Shown: positions 1 to 8,526 of the stretch, piece by piece
Numbering within the stretch: position 1 is the stretch's first letter
Layout of the letters: every line of letters begins with the position of its first letter
From: an uncultured virus (IMG/VR IMGVR_UViG_3300006789_000015)
Taxonomy: Duplodnaviria > Heunggongvirae > Uroviricota > Caudoviricetes
DNA: 64,000 nucleotides
Strand: one strand, 5' to 3'
Virus record (IMG/VR): IMGVR_UViG_3300006789_000015
Notes under the pieces: generated by a model
The model's input: the letters and a program-made list of their open reading frames with translations, nothing else
The model's database searches: none
What the model was told of the DNA's origin: nothing
Translations under genes and position numbers: made by a program

Positions 1-783
1 ACCTTCTATTAACTTCGTCTCTTTACAGATAGCGGGATATTCAAGAGTCTTATAATCAAGCTTGGCTTTCTCTATACAGTTTTGATTGTGAAGGTAAACT
101 CCTTGATTTATCATATAAACGAAAACTTCATCGTCACGATGACTCTCATGACCATTGTCTTCACACCATTTAATGAATGTTGGAGTAAGAGAGTATTTTA
201 TTTGATTAGATTCTTCTAAAGGAATCATTTCGCTGTGCCCCCACCTTTTACTCGTTTCCATTTCACGAAACGTAGCGTTTCCACAATCATTTAACACGCG
301 AGAATGTCGCCCCCAAAGTCCATACCCACTTACGGGATTACCTTTGTTTCCACAGGCAGCTTTTATCCCCATCCTGTTACTAAGCCACCACACCGCGTCT
401 CGAACGGAGTTAATGACTAACTGCTCCCTGAACTTTTCAAGGTCTTTTGGGTTATAGCGTTTACGATCATCTTTACCCCAACGCCCAACTGGCTCTGCAT
501 GTTTAACTTCAATTTCAGCTTTTCTTATCGTAGGCTTACATCCTCTAGTGACGGGCATCGGCGTCTTAGTTACGGAACAACGCCCTTGAAAAAGATAACC
601 ACCACTGAGCCTTTCTGATACTCTTCTCTTGGTTATCCCTCCGTAAAGGAGAAAGAAGTCTCTTGGTACATATTCTGTATTGTACCGATGACTTCGATAA
701 TTTCCGTGGAATTTTTGCGTCCCATCTTCTCGGCCATAACATCCAGAGTTGGGTAAGCCTATCCAAGCATAAGTTTGTTTCAT
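1..783 (-). CDS. hypothetical protein, 3' end outside window (missing from ORF track)
   Basis: Hand translation: ATG at 783 (TAATG overlap with 783..965), open to base 1 (MKQTYAWIGLPN...KETKLIEG). Confidence 0.75.
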   Translation of the reverse strand, partial: MKQTYAWIGLPNSGCYGREDGTQKFHGNYRSHRYNTEYVPRDFFLLYGGITKRRVSERLSGGYLFQGRCSVTKTPMPVTRGCKPTIRKAEIEVKHAEPVGRWGKDDRKRYNPKDLEKFREQLVINSVRDAVWWLSNRMGIKAACGNKGNPVSGYGLWGRHSRVLNDCGNATFREMETSKRWGHSEMIPLEESNQIKYSLTPTFIKWCEDNGHESHRDDEVFVYMINQGVYLHNQNCIEKAKLDYKTLEYPAICKETKLIEG

Positions 784-965
784 TAGAAACCTCCTTTAAG
801 ATCAAGTGGATACTGTAAGTCTATGCGCTGTGGCACATCCATCTGAGCCTCCTCTACTGTCTCGTAAGGCCCGTTCAATACAGAGAAGGCATCTTTGATG
901 AAGTATTTAGTTTCTCCTTTGTGGAGTTGCTCTATGATTTCAAACAATGGTGGTTGGTCACTCAT
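783..965 (-). CDS. hypothetical protein
   Basis: 60 aa ORF tightly packed in operon. Confidence 0.6.
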   Translation of the reverse strand: MSDQPPLFEIIEQLHKGETKYFIKDAFSVLNGPYETVEEAQMDVPQRIDLQYPLDLKGGF

Positions 966-966
966 T

Positions 967-1251
967 TTACATTCCTCCTAATTTTACATTTTTTACATCT
1001 TCAAGACGTAGGTTTTTTAAGTTGGTGGTTCCTATAGCAAACTGCTCCCAGTATCCACTGACAAACAGATGCTCTAAAGCGTAGTAAAGATAAGCAGGAA
1101 GGATGTCCTTGCTTGTAATCTTAATACCGATGTTGTCCCGACTGTAATCCCGTGTGGGTTTACCGATGGATTTTGTTGAGCCTCTACGTTGTAACCAGAA
1201 GTCTGCATCTTCTAGCCCCGTCCTAATCTCACAAGCGAACTTTAGTCTCAT
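967..1251 (-). CDS. small protein resembling part of a type I R-M specificity subunit (HsdS TRD C-terminal part)
   Basis: ILPAYLYYAL...GTT.KNLRLEDVKNVKL pattern; SD AGGAGG upstream. Confidence 0.55.
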   Translation of the reverse strand: MRLKFACEIRTGLEDADFWLQRRGSTKSIGKPTRDYSRDNIGIKITSKDILPAYLYYALEHLFVSGYWEQFAIGTTNLKNLRLEDVKNVKLGGM

Positions 1252-1286
1252 TTTTCCTCCTTGGTTGATGTTTAAGCACTGGAGTC

Positions 1287-1314
1287 AGTATGAACTACTG
1301 AGCGTTGGTGTCAA
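1287..1314 (-). promoter_or_regulatory. sigma70-type promoter
   Basis: TTGACA-N16-CATACT with A-tract upstream. Confidence 0.5.
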
Positions 1315-1336
1315 CTTTTTTTTTAATTTTTTTTAA

Positions 1337-1798
1337 TTATGGATTTGTGTGCAGGGTTGCGGTTGCTTTGGGTAAATTGGTGACGTAGTTGTGGCAGCGT
1401 TGAGCTTCCAGATCAAACGACCACATAACCTCTTTCCATTCTATTCCGTGGTCTTTCGTTTTACCTAATCCATGAAGCTTATCTGTAAGGAGGTGTGCGT
1501 ATTCGTGTCCGATGGTGTTTTTAAGATAATCTTCTTCGTTATTGACCAATAAGGGCAAGTTAACCCGAATGATGTTCGGCCAAATCGCTTGGCCTCCGCA
1601 CTTTCCTTTAAGATCGTATTTAACGTGAGGTTTGAGTTGTTTGCCCCATTGCCTTTGGCCTAGCCGCATTAAGAACTCCAGCCTCTCTTGTATCTTTCCG
1701 TCGATTGATAAGTTCATTCTCTGTCTCTGTCTATGTATAAAAGCCAACAGCCTATTAAGACGATTAGGATACAAGTCATACAGCCTCTCCGATTTCAA
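1337..1798 (-). CDS. SprT-like zinc metalloprotease
   Basis: NTIGHEYAH, HGIEWKEVM and RCH motifs. Confidence 0.85.
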   Translation of the reverse strand: MKSERLYDLYPNRLNRLLAFIHRQRQRMNLSIDGKIQERLEFLMRLGQRQWGKQLKPHVKYDLKGKCGGQAIWPNIIRVNLPLLVNNEEDYLKNTIGHEYAHLLTDKLHGLGKTKDHGIEWKEVMWSFDLEAQRCHNYVTNLPKATATLHTNP

Positions 1799-2186
1799 CG
1801 GCGACTGTATATTCGTGATAGTTCCCGCTCAAGGAAAAACATCCCTTTATCCTCGCTATCTTCTCCACTTGCTCCAACGCCCATTCCGCAGCAAGGGTAC
1901 GTCCAGCACCACTCTGCCCCTTAAAGACCATCTTCTTACGCTCGTAAGACCAATCATCTATCCTCGCTAAATAGACATTTGTGTAAGCGCGGATAAGACC
2001 ATCTTTATCCGTCCAGAAATACGCTTTGTTGGCGTGAATCCAGTTGAGGGAACCATTGGTGGCTCCAGTGTTATAGAATAGATAGTACCATTCCTGTATC
2101 GTCTCCTTGGAGTCATGCTCCAAGAAAAACGCCATCCTGTACCCATTGTGTTGGTACGACATTGTTGGTGTTCGTCCCGCATCCAT
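1776..2186 (-). CDS. hypothetical protein
   Basis: 136 aa ORF directly behind a promoter. Confidence 0.7.
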   Translation of the reverse strand: MDAGRTPTMSYQHNGYRMAFFLEHDSKETIQEWYYLFYNTGATNGSLNWIHANKAYFWTDKDGLIRAYTNVYLARIDDWSYERKKMVFKGQSGAGRTLAAEWALEQVEKIARIKGCFSLSGNYHEYTVAVEIGEAV

Positions 2187-2192
2187 GTAGAG

Positions 2193-2221
2193 ACACTAAA
2201 GTATAATTAGTATTAAGTCAA
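2193..2221 (-). promoter_or_regulatory. sigma70-type promoter, leaderless
   Basis: TTGACT-N17-TAGTGT, 6 nt, ATG 2186. Confidence 0.6.
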
Positions 2222-2229
2222 CCCCCAAC

Positions 2230-2249
2230 TTATCCACATTTTATCCCCA
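2230..2249 (+). promoter_or_regulatory. tandem DnaA-box-like sites
   Basis: TTATCCACA 2230-2238 (consensus) and TTATCCCCA 2241-2249 (1 mismatch) beside AT-rich tract. Confidence 0.45.
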
Positions 2250-2411
2250 CATCCAAACTCTTTTACAATCCCGCGCCCGGTGCTCATTTAGTAAAACAGT
2301 TTATAATTTTAATTAATCTTTTATATATATATCTTATTCTTTTCTATACTCTATTATTTATTTGGTACTTATTTATTTGCTATTTATTTATTCCTTATTT
2401 GTTCCTTATTT

Positions 2412-2452
2412 AAAAAAAGAAAAAGACCCGAAAGACTTTCGCCCTCCGGGTC
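2412..2452 (-). terminator. intrinsic terminator
   Basis: GACCCGGAGGGC-GAAA-GUCUUUCGGGUC 12-bp stem (3 G-U) then U-tract. Confidence 0.85.
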
Positions 2453-2492
2453 GATGGGATGGATATGGATGTATGCTTACCTCCGTAGAGGT
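2412..2492 (-). ncRNA. candidate ~80-nt small RNA
   Basis: Promoter TTGACA(2525-2520)-N16-TAATTT; 5' hairpin ACCUC-UACG-GAGGU; CAUCC-repeat linker; terminator. Confidence 0.6.
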
Positions 2493-2514
2493 ATGTTAAA
2501 TTAAGGTTATATAT

Positions 2515-2634
2515 TTAGATGTCAACTGTACCAGAGGATTTTTTTTGCCACCAAGTAAAAGCGGGATATGACAATGCGTATAGTATAAAACCAGCAATGC
2601 AAAGAATAAAAAATAATAAAGCCAAGACAAACAT
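2515..2634 (-). CDS. 39-aa hydrophobic membrane peptide (below ORF-track cutoff)
   Basis: MFVLALLFFILCIAGFILYALSYPAFTWWQKKSSGTVDI*; GGGGG upstream. Confidence 0.45.
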   Translation of the reverse strand: MFVLALLFFILCIAGFILYALSYPAFTWWQKKSSGTVDI

Positions 2635-2662
2635 ATAAGCCCCAATTATAATCTTTATTATA

Positions 2663-3064
2663 TTAATAAATATTTTCTTCACAATATTTCCACTCTAGTA
2701 TTTTTAATAGCTTTTTAATATTTATTTCATTTGAAAGAACCGTATCACTAAATGGTACTTCTGCAATATTAATAGGTTTAAAACTGCTTAATCCATACTC
2801 CGTATCTGCTATAGATATGCTTATTATATTTAAAGTCCTTTTTATTACATAGAAATATTCCCCATTATTTAATGTACCCCTTATCTCCCTGTCACTAAAA
2901 AGAAAGGCTGAATCAAGGATATATTTACCCTTAATCAGCCGTAGTCTAGGACTGTTTTTTAGCTTATATTTGCTTGAGGTACTCTTTCCCACTAGGAGTA
3001 AGATACCGTCCTTGAGGATCAATTCCAATGAGTCCGAGCTTCTGCAAGTAAACCTCGTAATCAT
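2663..3064 (-). CDS. hypothetical protein (start uncertain, overlaps ruvB)
   Basis: Fills gap below ruvB. Confidence 0.4.
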   Translation of the reverse strand: MITRFTCRSSDSLELILKDGILLLVGKSTSSKYKLKNSPRLRLIKGKYILDSAFLFSDREIRGTLNNGEYFYVIKRTLNIISISIADTEYGLSSFKPINIAEVPFSDTVLSNEINIKKLLKILEWKYCEENIY

Positions 3065-3905
3065 ACTGGACTGCCTGACGACTCATTCCGAGCTTTGAAG
3101 CTAATTGGGTGAGACGCATAGCCTTCACATGAGCCAACTCCCGCAACAACCGTATCTCTGCTTGTAAAAGGCCAAGCGGCTGAATAGCGAGGTGGTCAGT
3201 GAATTTCTTCCAATCAATCATCTTGAACTTTTTCTTACGTTCAGCGTGACAGTATTGGTTGACTTTCATAGCCATCTTTTGAGCAGAACGAGCATTACCC
3301 CGCAGCACTTTGGAAATCTCATCCATTGCGTTTGCGTCAACAGTAACACCTCTATCAAGACCAAGTTTAACGATCTTGCCAAGTTCCCCAAAGGTGTATT
3401 CCTCCAAGTCAACACGCTCAAGGCGATCTACAAGGGCATGGAATAAGGATTGACCTTCAGTAGTGCAGAATATGAATGTCTGCTGTCTAAAGTTAAAATC
3501 AACCGTATATTCCTCAATCGCAAAAGTATTACGATAATCCTTATTAGGGTTAAGGATGGTTAGCATAGCCATTGTAATATCCTTCGGCAATTCGCTGCAC
3601 TCGTCAAACAACAAGGTTACATCAGCATTATTAGCATAAGGAATAATAACTTGATTAAATAACTGGCGAACATTTTTAAGACTCGCGCAGTTAATCTCAA
3701 GCAATGGTTTGCATTTCTTCTCCCCCTTCTTGACTAGGTTTCTAGCAACTGCTTTAGCCATGTGGGTTTTGCCACACCCTTTAGGAGCAGTAAAGAGCAA
3801 GTGAGGCATAATATCAGTAGCCTTAAAGCCTTTAATGAAAAAGGCTAACTGCTTTTTAATCTGCTCCTGACCTATGGTATCAGGAAATAACTTGCTCGAA
3901 CTCAT
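2964..3905 (-). CDS. ruvB: RuvB-like Holliday junction branch-migration AAA+ ATPase
   Basis: IGQEQIK, Walker A APKGCGKT, Walker B LLFDE, GNAR sensor, C-terminal YEVYL..GLI...PQGR.LT. Confidence 0.85.
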   Translation of the reverse strand: MSSSKLFPDTIGQEQIKKQLAFFIKGFKATDIMPHLLFTAPKGCGKTHMAKAVARNLVKKGEKKCKPLLEINCASLKNVRQLFNQVIIPYANNADVTLLFDECSELPKDITMAMLTILNPNKDYRNTFAIEEYTVDFNFRQQTFIFCTTEGQSLFHALVDRLERVDLEEYTFGELGKIVKLGLDRGVTVDANAMDEISKVLRGNARSAQKMAMKVNQYCHAERKKKFKMIDWKKFTDHLAIQPLGLLQAEIRLLRELAHVKAMRLTQLASKLGMSRQAVQYDYEVYLQKLGLIGIDPQGRYLTPSGKEYLKQI

Positions 3906-3933
3906 GGTAGGTTTTTTTTAATTTATTATTAAT

Positions 3934-4308
3934 TTAGAAGTCAGTCTTTAATGCAACTTGCGCTGATTCTTCTGACACATTCTCGATACAAATGTCAACA
4001 GGCTTTTTCATCGAGTTATGTGCGTTAGTCGTAGCCTTAATAGGCGCACCTGTTAATGTAATCCCCAAGGCAGCCAATCCTTCAGCCCACTTGCGGCTAA
4101 TCATAACAACAGAACCTTCGGGGAGATTCTTGTTAAGGTCTACCAGTTTCACGTTAATGAAGCTGTATGACCCCTTGGTGCGTCCAGAACCGACCTTGCG
4201 TACCTTTTTAGTGGTTCCACTCTTTGGGGCCGCTTTAGGCGTTGCTTTGCGAGTAACCCGCTTTGGTTTGGGACTCGCCTTCTTCTTACTGCTTTTAGTA
4301 GCACTCAT
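3934..4308 (-). CDS. basic protein with Lys/Ala/Pro-rich histone-H1-like N-terminus
   Basis: MSATKSSKKKASPKPKR...; ATG 4308 follows TTGACC-N17-TATAAA (4347-4319). Confidence 0.7.
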   Translation of the reverse strand: MSATKSSKKKASPKPKRVTRKATPKAAPKSGTTKKVRKVGSGRTKGSYSFINVKLVDLNKNLPEGSVVMISRKWAEGLAALGITLTGAPIKATTNAHNSMKKPVDICIENVSEESAQVALKTDF

Positions 4309-4358
4309 GTCTGCCCCTTTTATATAAAACATAAAAAAAGAGGTCAATACTTTTTTTC

Positions 4359-4399
4359 AAAAAAAAATAACCCCCTATAAAGGTGATCTCCATAGGGGG
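4359..4399 (-). terminator. intrinsic terminator
   Basis: CCCCCUAUG...UAUAGGGGG stem then U-tract. Confidence 0.7.
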
Positions 4400-4415
4400 A
4401 AGGCGTATATATGAA

Positions 4416-4604
4416 TTATTCGCCTTTTTCGGCTTCATCAGCCACCATTTTAGCCAACTCGGAAGCGTGTCGGCCAAAAGGTTCTTCTACAATGGCTTGT
4501 TGCTGCCATCTAGGAAGTTGATAGTACAGTTTATGCCATATTTTCTCATATTGCAGAGCTAATTTGGTTCTTTTAATCTTATTGGTGTTCTTCTTTGCAG
4601 CCAT
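4416..4604 (-). CDS. hypothetical protein
   Basis: SD AGGAG upstream, terminator downstream. Confidence 0.65.
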   Translation of the reverse strand: MAAKKNTNKIKRTKLALQYEKIWHKLYYQLPRWQQQAIVEEPFGRHASELAKMVADEAEKGE

Positions 4605-4826
4605 CTTTATATCTCCTTCTATATTAGCGTTATATTTAGTTAATTCAAACTCACAATTATCATCATAATCTTATTAATGCTGTTAACATCTATTTTAATC
4701 TTTAATCTTTTAAAAAAATTTAAAACGCGGGGAAAAAATTCATTAATAGGTATTATTATGTGCTATTTATATAACATATTAATATAATATTTGGCATTAT
4801 TTCGTTCACAAATATTTCGCATTTTA

Positions 4827-5042
4827 TCATTCACAATTAGAAACCCCTTTACTACAAGAGCAATTAGGACAAGCCCCATTATTTGATCTCTTTTGTTTCA
4901 CAATTTTCTTAAAACATTTTTTACAAGCTGTTTTCTTATTACCAATAATATAACTGTCTTGTATCTTTATCTTGGCCTCGCATACCGAGCAATAAGCAAC
5001 AGACTTTTTCCTCCCTCTCTTTTTACCTCCGTTTTCTGGCAT
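4827..5042 (-). CDS. small basic Cys-rich (Zn-binding) protein
   Basis: Three CxxC pairs; GTGTA-N9-ATG upstream. Confidence 0.6.
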   Translation of the reverse strand: MPENGGKKRGRKKSVAYCSVCEAKIKIQDSYIIGNKKTACKKCFKKIVKQKRSNNGACPNCSCSKGVSNCE

Positions 5043-5225
5043 ACAACATATTACACCACAATAATTAGCCCCGATTGTATATATGTTCTATGTCTTTTTT
5101 AAATAATTATTCTAAAAATATAAAAGTGCGGCATAACCCACTTCAAAACACATTAACCCATTATACTCCACTTTATATATATTCCTTTTTATATTCTCTC
5201 TATACTAATCCCTATATACGACCAT

Positions 5226-5252
5226 AAAAAAAGAGGATACTTTCGTACCCTC
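5226..5252 (-). terminator. intrinsic terminator
   Basis: GAGGGUAC-GAAA-GUAUCCUC then U7. Confidence 0.8.
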
Positions 5253-5257
5253 AATTT

Positions 5258-5281
5258 CCTACTAATAGCCTACTAATAGCC
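5258..5281. repeat. tandem 11-bp direct repeat CCTACTAATAG x2
   Basis: Copies 5258-5268 and 5269-5279 plus CC. Confidence 0.7.
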
Positions 5282-5493
5282 TTGTTTTTTAATGTTTTTT
5301 ATTAATTATGTCAGTAATAGAAATCACCATCAGCTTCTATATCATTATCATCCTCCGATAACTTTTCCTTACCTGTGATTATCCAATACAGCATTATATA
5401 TACTCCAATAAAGAAGAACATACATAACCATCCTTTCTACCTCGTTGTATGTTTGAAAGCCCCGAATGTGCGCTCTTATATATGTAAAGCGAA

Positions 5494-5676
5494 TTATACA
5501 TCAGATTGCTCCATTTCTTCGACTCCGTGTTCGTAAAGTAAGCCTAATGTGTCCTCAATGAAGTCTGTGGCTTCTTTGTATGTAGAGAAAGCTCCATACA
5601 TTTTATCCGTGCCACCTTCGGTACTGTGTACCCAATAGATTCCTTCAACAACAGATTTTTCAATTTTAATAGACAT
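5494..5676 (-). CDS. hypothetical protein
   Basis: Small ORF in co-directional array. Confidence 0.6.
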   Translation of the reverse strand: MSIKIEKSVVEGIYWVHSTEGGTDKMYGAFSTYKEATDFIEDTLGLLYEHGVEEMEQSDV

Positions 5677-5741
5677 ACTTTTATTCGTTTATTCCACCGT
5701 GTACCCAAGAAGTATCCGGTTCTACCTCCTTATCCTTTTTA

Positions 5742-5939
5742 TCATCCTTTTTCATCCGTATTCCCATCTTCTTCTTCCTTTCTTTTTACTGGTTTATCTT
5801 TGGGGAAATGATTCTTTGCCCCATGCTTTTTACATAATTCAGCCCACCAATCGGACTCCTTTTTCTTTTCGGGGTTCGCTTCCTTTAGTGAGGTTGCGTA
5901 ACCCTGTTTATGTAATCCCGTTAAATTATGTTCACTCAT
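5742..5939 (-). CDS. hypothetical protein
   Basis: ATGA overlap with upstream ORF. Confidence 0.6.
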   Translation of the reverse strand: MSEHNLTGLHKQGYATSLKEANPEKKKESDWWAELCKKHGAKNHFPKDKPVKRKEEEDGNTDEKG

Positions 5940-6139
5940 CTCAAATCGTTAGCTTGATAATGCCCACATTGTATTAAATTCATTAAGTGGAACTTGCCCG
6001 TTCCTAAATCGTCAGGATTTGAATAGCTTGAGCCAAGGCTTCCAACTTCGGCAGGATCATCGTTCATAGGATCAAACATAGAAGTCCTATGAGAAGCCAT
6101 AATGTAATGTGATCCCATGTATGAAAATGTTTTCATCAT
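5936..6139 (-). CDS. hypothetical protein
   Basis: Abutting ORF. Confidence 0.6.
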   Translation of the reverse strand: MMKTFSYMGSHYIMASHRTSMFDPMNDDPAEVGSLGSSYSNPDDLGTGKFHLMNLIQCGHYQANDLR

Positions 6140-6430
6140 TTAATTGTCCTCTACTGTGCCGTTTTTGTCCAGTTTAAGGCCATTATCATAAGCAAAGTTG
6201 TCTTTTTCATCCACTTTTTTTACTAACTCGTCAAACGTCATGTTATACATCTGTCCTTCGTCCCATTTGGTGAGTGGATGATCGTCGTAATAATTAAATA
6301 TATTAAATAAGCCTTGATTTGTCCTATCAATATCCATAGGGGTTCTACCATCATTCTTGTCATTCATGTGGTCTAGGTAGACTTTCCACTCTTTCCACAC
6401 GTTATTAAATAATTTTTTTTCGTATGTCAT
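6140..6430 (-). CDS. hypothetical protein
   Basis: Abutting ORF. Confidence 0.65.
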   Translation of the reverse strand: MTYEKKLFNNVWKEWKVYLDHMNDKNDGRTPMDIDRTNQGLFNIFNYYDDHPLTKWDEGQMYNMTFDELVKKVDEKDNFAYDNGLKLDKNGTVEDN

Positions 6431-6597
6431 TAGTATGCCTCTACATAATCTTCGTTAGGGTCATACTGCATTGAGCCTTCTAGGTCGCCAATTTTTTCTC
6501 TGACAATGGCTTCGGCTTCATCTCCATCTTCGGCTTCTACAATTTCTGTGCCGCTATTGTAATAGGTCTTTGACCAACTAACTTCGTATTTTCTCAT
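6430..6597 (-). CDS. hypothetical protein, 55 aa (below cutoff)
   Basis: MRKYEVSWSKTYYNSGTEIVEAED...; TAATG overlap. Confidence 0.6.
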   Translation of the reverse strand: MRKYEVSWSKTYYNSGTEIVEAEDGDEAEAIVREKIGDLEGSMQYDPNEDYVEAY

Positions 6598-6599
6598 AA

Positions 6600-6764
6600 T
6601 TAACCCTTCTCCACTGTTACTTCTACAATCTCAAAATGTAATGACTTACCCCGTGCTTCATAAGCTCTACGAACCGCTAACTCATTGTCGTATTTACCCG
6701 CCGTAAGCTCCCAACGCTCATGTCCATCTCCATACCTTAATTTCATCCAGTATCGGTTTTTCAT
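6600..6764 (-). CDS. hypothetical protein, 54 aa (below cutoff)
   Basis: MKNRYWMKLRYGDGH...; GGAGG upstream. Confidence 0.6.
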   Translation of the reverse strand: MKNRYWMKLRYGDGHERWELTAGKYDNELAVRRAYEARGKSLHFEIVEVTVEKG

Positions 6765-6968
6765 TTAGTCCTCCAATACATCAAACCCAACAACCTCACC
6801 ATAATGATTGATAATATCTTCGTCAGGAATGTTTACCCAACCAACGCATCCGTCCCAAAGTACCTGTTTCAAGTCCCTGTCTTTCAATCCTTCAAATTCG
6901 GATTCAGCAAGTAACTCCCTCATCTCGTCAATTTGTTCTTTAGTATATTCTTTCGTTTTAGCTGTCAT
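6765..6968 (-). CDS. hypothetical protein
   Basis: Abutting ORF. Confidence 0.6.
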   Translation of the reverse strand: MTAKTKEYTKEQIDEMRELLAESEFEGLKDRDLKQVLWDGCVGWVNIPDEDIINHYGEVVGFDVLED

Positions 6969-7158
6969 AGTTATGGTTCTCCAATCCGTACATACGTTTT
7001 ACTTTTTTGCGAGTTTTCGCAATTTTAGGACGCTCTCTCTCAATTAAATCTATAATGTCTTGGCAACGATCAACGTATTGGTCTGTGGTCAAATGGATGC
7101 CATCACGCATATCGGGGCATCTATCGTAAATTACTTTTAAGATTTCGTGATTTCTCAT
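6958..7158 (-). CDS. hypothetical protein
   Basis: Overlapping array ORF. Confidence 0.55.
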   Translation of the reverse strand: MRNHEILKVIYDRCPDMRDGIHLTTDQYVDRCQDIIDLIERERPKIAKTRKKVKRMYGLENHNYDS

Positions 7159-7286
7159 TTTCTTCGATTTCTTTTAAATGCTCTATGGTTTCAGCCAACT
7201 GATTTCTTTGACCCCCATCAAAATCATCCATACAAATCATCCCATTAAGTTGACTTTCGTACTTCTCTATCAACTCCCTAATTCTT

Positions 7287-7505
7287 TTACTTTTCGTTTC
7301 TGATTTCATTTCTAATTTTAATAAATTCTGCAATATCATCATGTGTGTTTGACCAATCCATTTTACTGTCAACGATGGCGGCAATGTGAGGCCAAGATTC
7401 ACCTTCTTCTAAATCAAACGAATCTTTTTCCCAATAAGCTACGATCACATGATCTTCGGGGTCATGGTATTTTTTTAAATTTTGAATTAAATCTTTGACT
7501 TGCAT
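7287..7505 (-). CDS. hypothetical protein
   Basis: Array ORF, GGAG upstream. Confidence 0.6.
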   Translation of the reverse strand: MQVKDLIQNLKKYHDPEDHVIVAYWEKDSFDLEEGESWPHIAAIVDSKMDWSNTHDDIAEFIKIRNEIRNEK

Positions 7506-7507
7506 AT

Positions 7508-7756
7508 CTAATACTCCAATCCTTCTTCATACTTTTTAAAATCTTCTCGTTGAGCTTCGTCAGACAACTCTTTCAAATTTAACTTCGACATAAAAGCCAG
7601 AGCATCTTCCTTCGTCTCAAAATTTTGGGGATACATATATTCCACTACGTTATCCCCCCACACCCATCGACCTACAACCCATCTAGGTTTACCGTTGGGC
7701 CATGTGCCAAATTTAAATGCCCGTACATACTTTTCATCAATTTCGACTCCATCCAT
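7508..7756 (-). CDS. hypothetical protein
   Basis: Array ORF. Confidence 0.6.
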   Translation of the reverse strand: MDGVEIDEKYVRAFKFGTWPNGKPRWVVGRWVWGDNVVEYMYPQNFETKEDALAFMSKLNLKELSDEAQREDFKKYEEGLEY

Positions 7757-7761
7757 ATTAA

Positions 7762-8433
7762 TTATATTCCTTTCCCGTAGGGGATTGCTTCTATTCTTTC
7801 GATTTCTTTTTGTAGCTTATCAATGTGGTATTCTTTAATAGCCTCATTGCATTGCTCTTTAGAATCAAACTCTTTGTAGAGATAGATTGTTTCCAGATGC
7901 AGGTCATCTTGAGTAAGGTCTTGAGCCTTGATAATATCTAGCGGGGTTGTACGTCCACTCCACTTATCGGCTAAATTGTTGTATGGATTCGTGAGTTGTT
8001 TCCACACGCTTTCCTCCATGATTGCCTTGGCTGTCCAAAAGTTATCATAACAACGCTGCTTCCATGCGTTAGCTTCCCAAAGCATATACTTACCAGCGCG
8101 TCTCCAGTAGGAATTAGATACTGGGTCAAAAGGGTAGTCGCCCATGCTATCGTCAAAGTAAAGGCCATACCCATCAAAGTCATAACGTGGACTGAACCAA
8201 TTATTAGAACAGAAATCACACTGTTCTGTAATGCCAAGGTTGGCTCCAGAAAATTGTCGCTTCTTTCGTGCTGGGCCGAGAGTTCTCTCATTGTCCCATT
8301 GGTATGTGTACCCCTCGAAAGATACAACCCACTCACCGAGCCTCATGTAGAGTAATTCAGATTCATCTATACGAAAGGCGGGGATGCCTGTCTCAACTAC
8401 CTTTAGCGGGTCTGGTTCTTTTACTGCCACCAT
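7762..8433 (-). CDS. hypothetical protein
   Basis: 223 aa ORF, no motif recognised. Confidence 0.75.
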   Translation of the reverse strand: MVAVKEPDPLKVVETGIPAFRIDESELLYMRLGEWVVSFEGYTYQWDNERTLGPARKKRQFSGANLGITEQCDFCSNNWFSPRYDFDGYGLYFDDSMGDYPFDPVSNSYWRRAGKYMLWEANAWKQRCYDNFWTAKAIMEESVWKQLTNPYNNLADKWSGRTTPLDIIKAQDLTQDDLHLETIYLYKEFDSKEQCNEAIKEYHIDKLQKEIERIEAIPYGKGI

Positions 8434-8526
8434 AATTCATCACTTTCTTCATCGTCATAGTCTAATGTCCAAGTTAATATAACTAAAGCTGCGAAAATCG
8501 CTGTCGTATAAATTAATAGCTCCATT

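Noticed and set aside
590..660. GIY-YIG/T5orf172-like YGGITKRRVSERL in the first gene
   Set aside because: Single short motif, rest of domain not recognisable
566..805. ORF-track 79-aa ORF
   Set aside because: Alternative frame of the longer 783-to-1 gene
5130..5175. TAACCCA reiterations as iterons
   Set aside because: Only two exact short copies in AT-rich DNA
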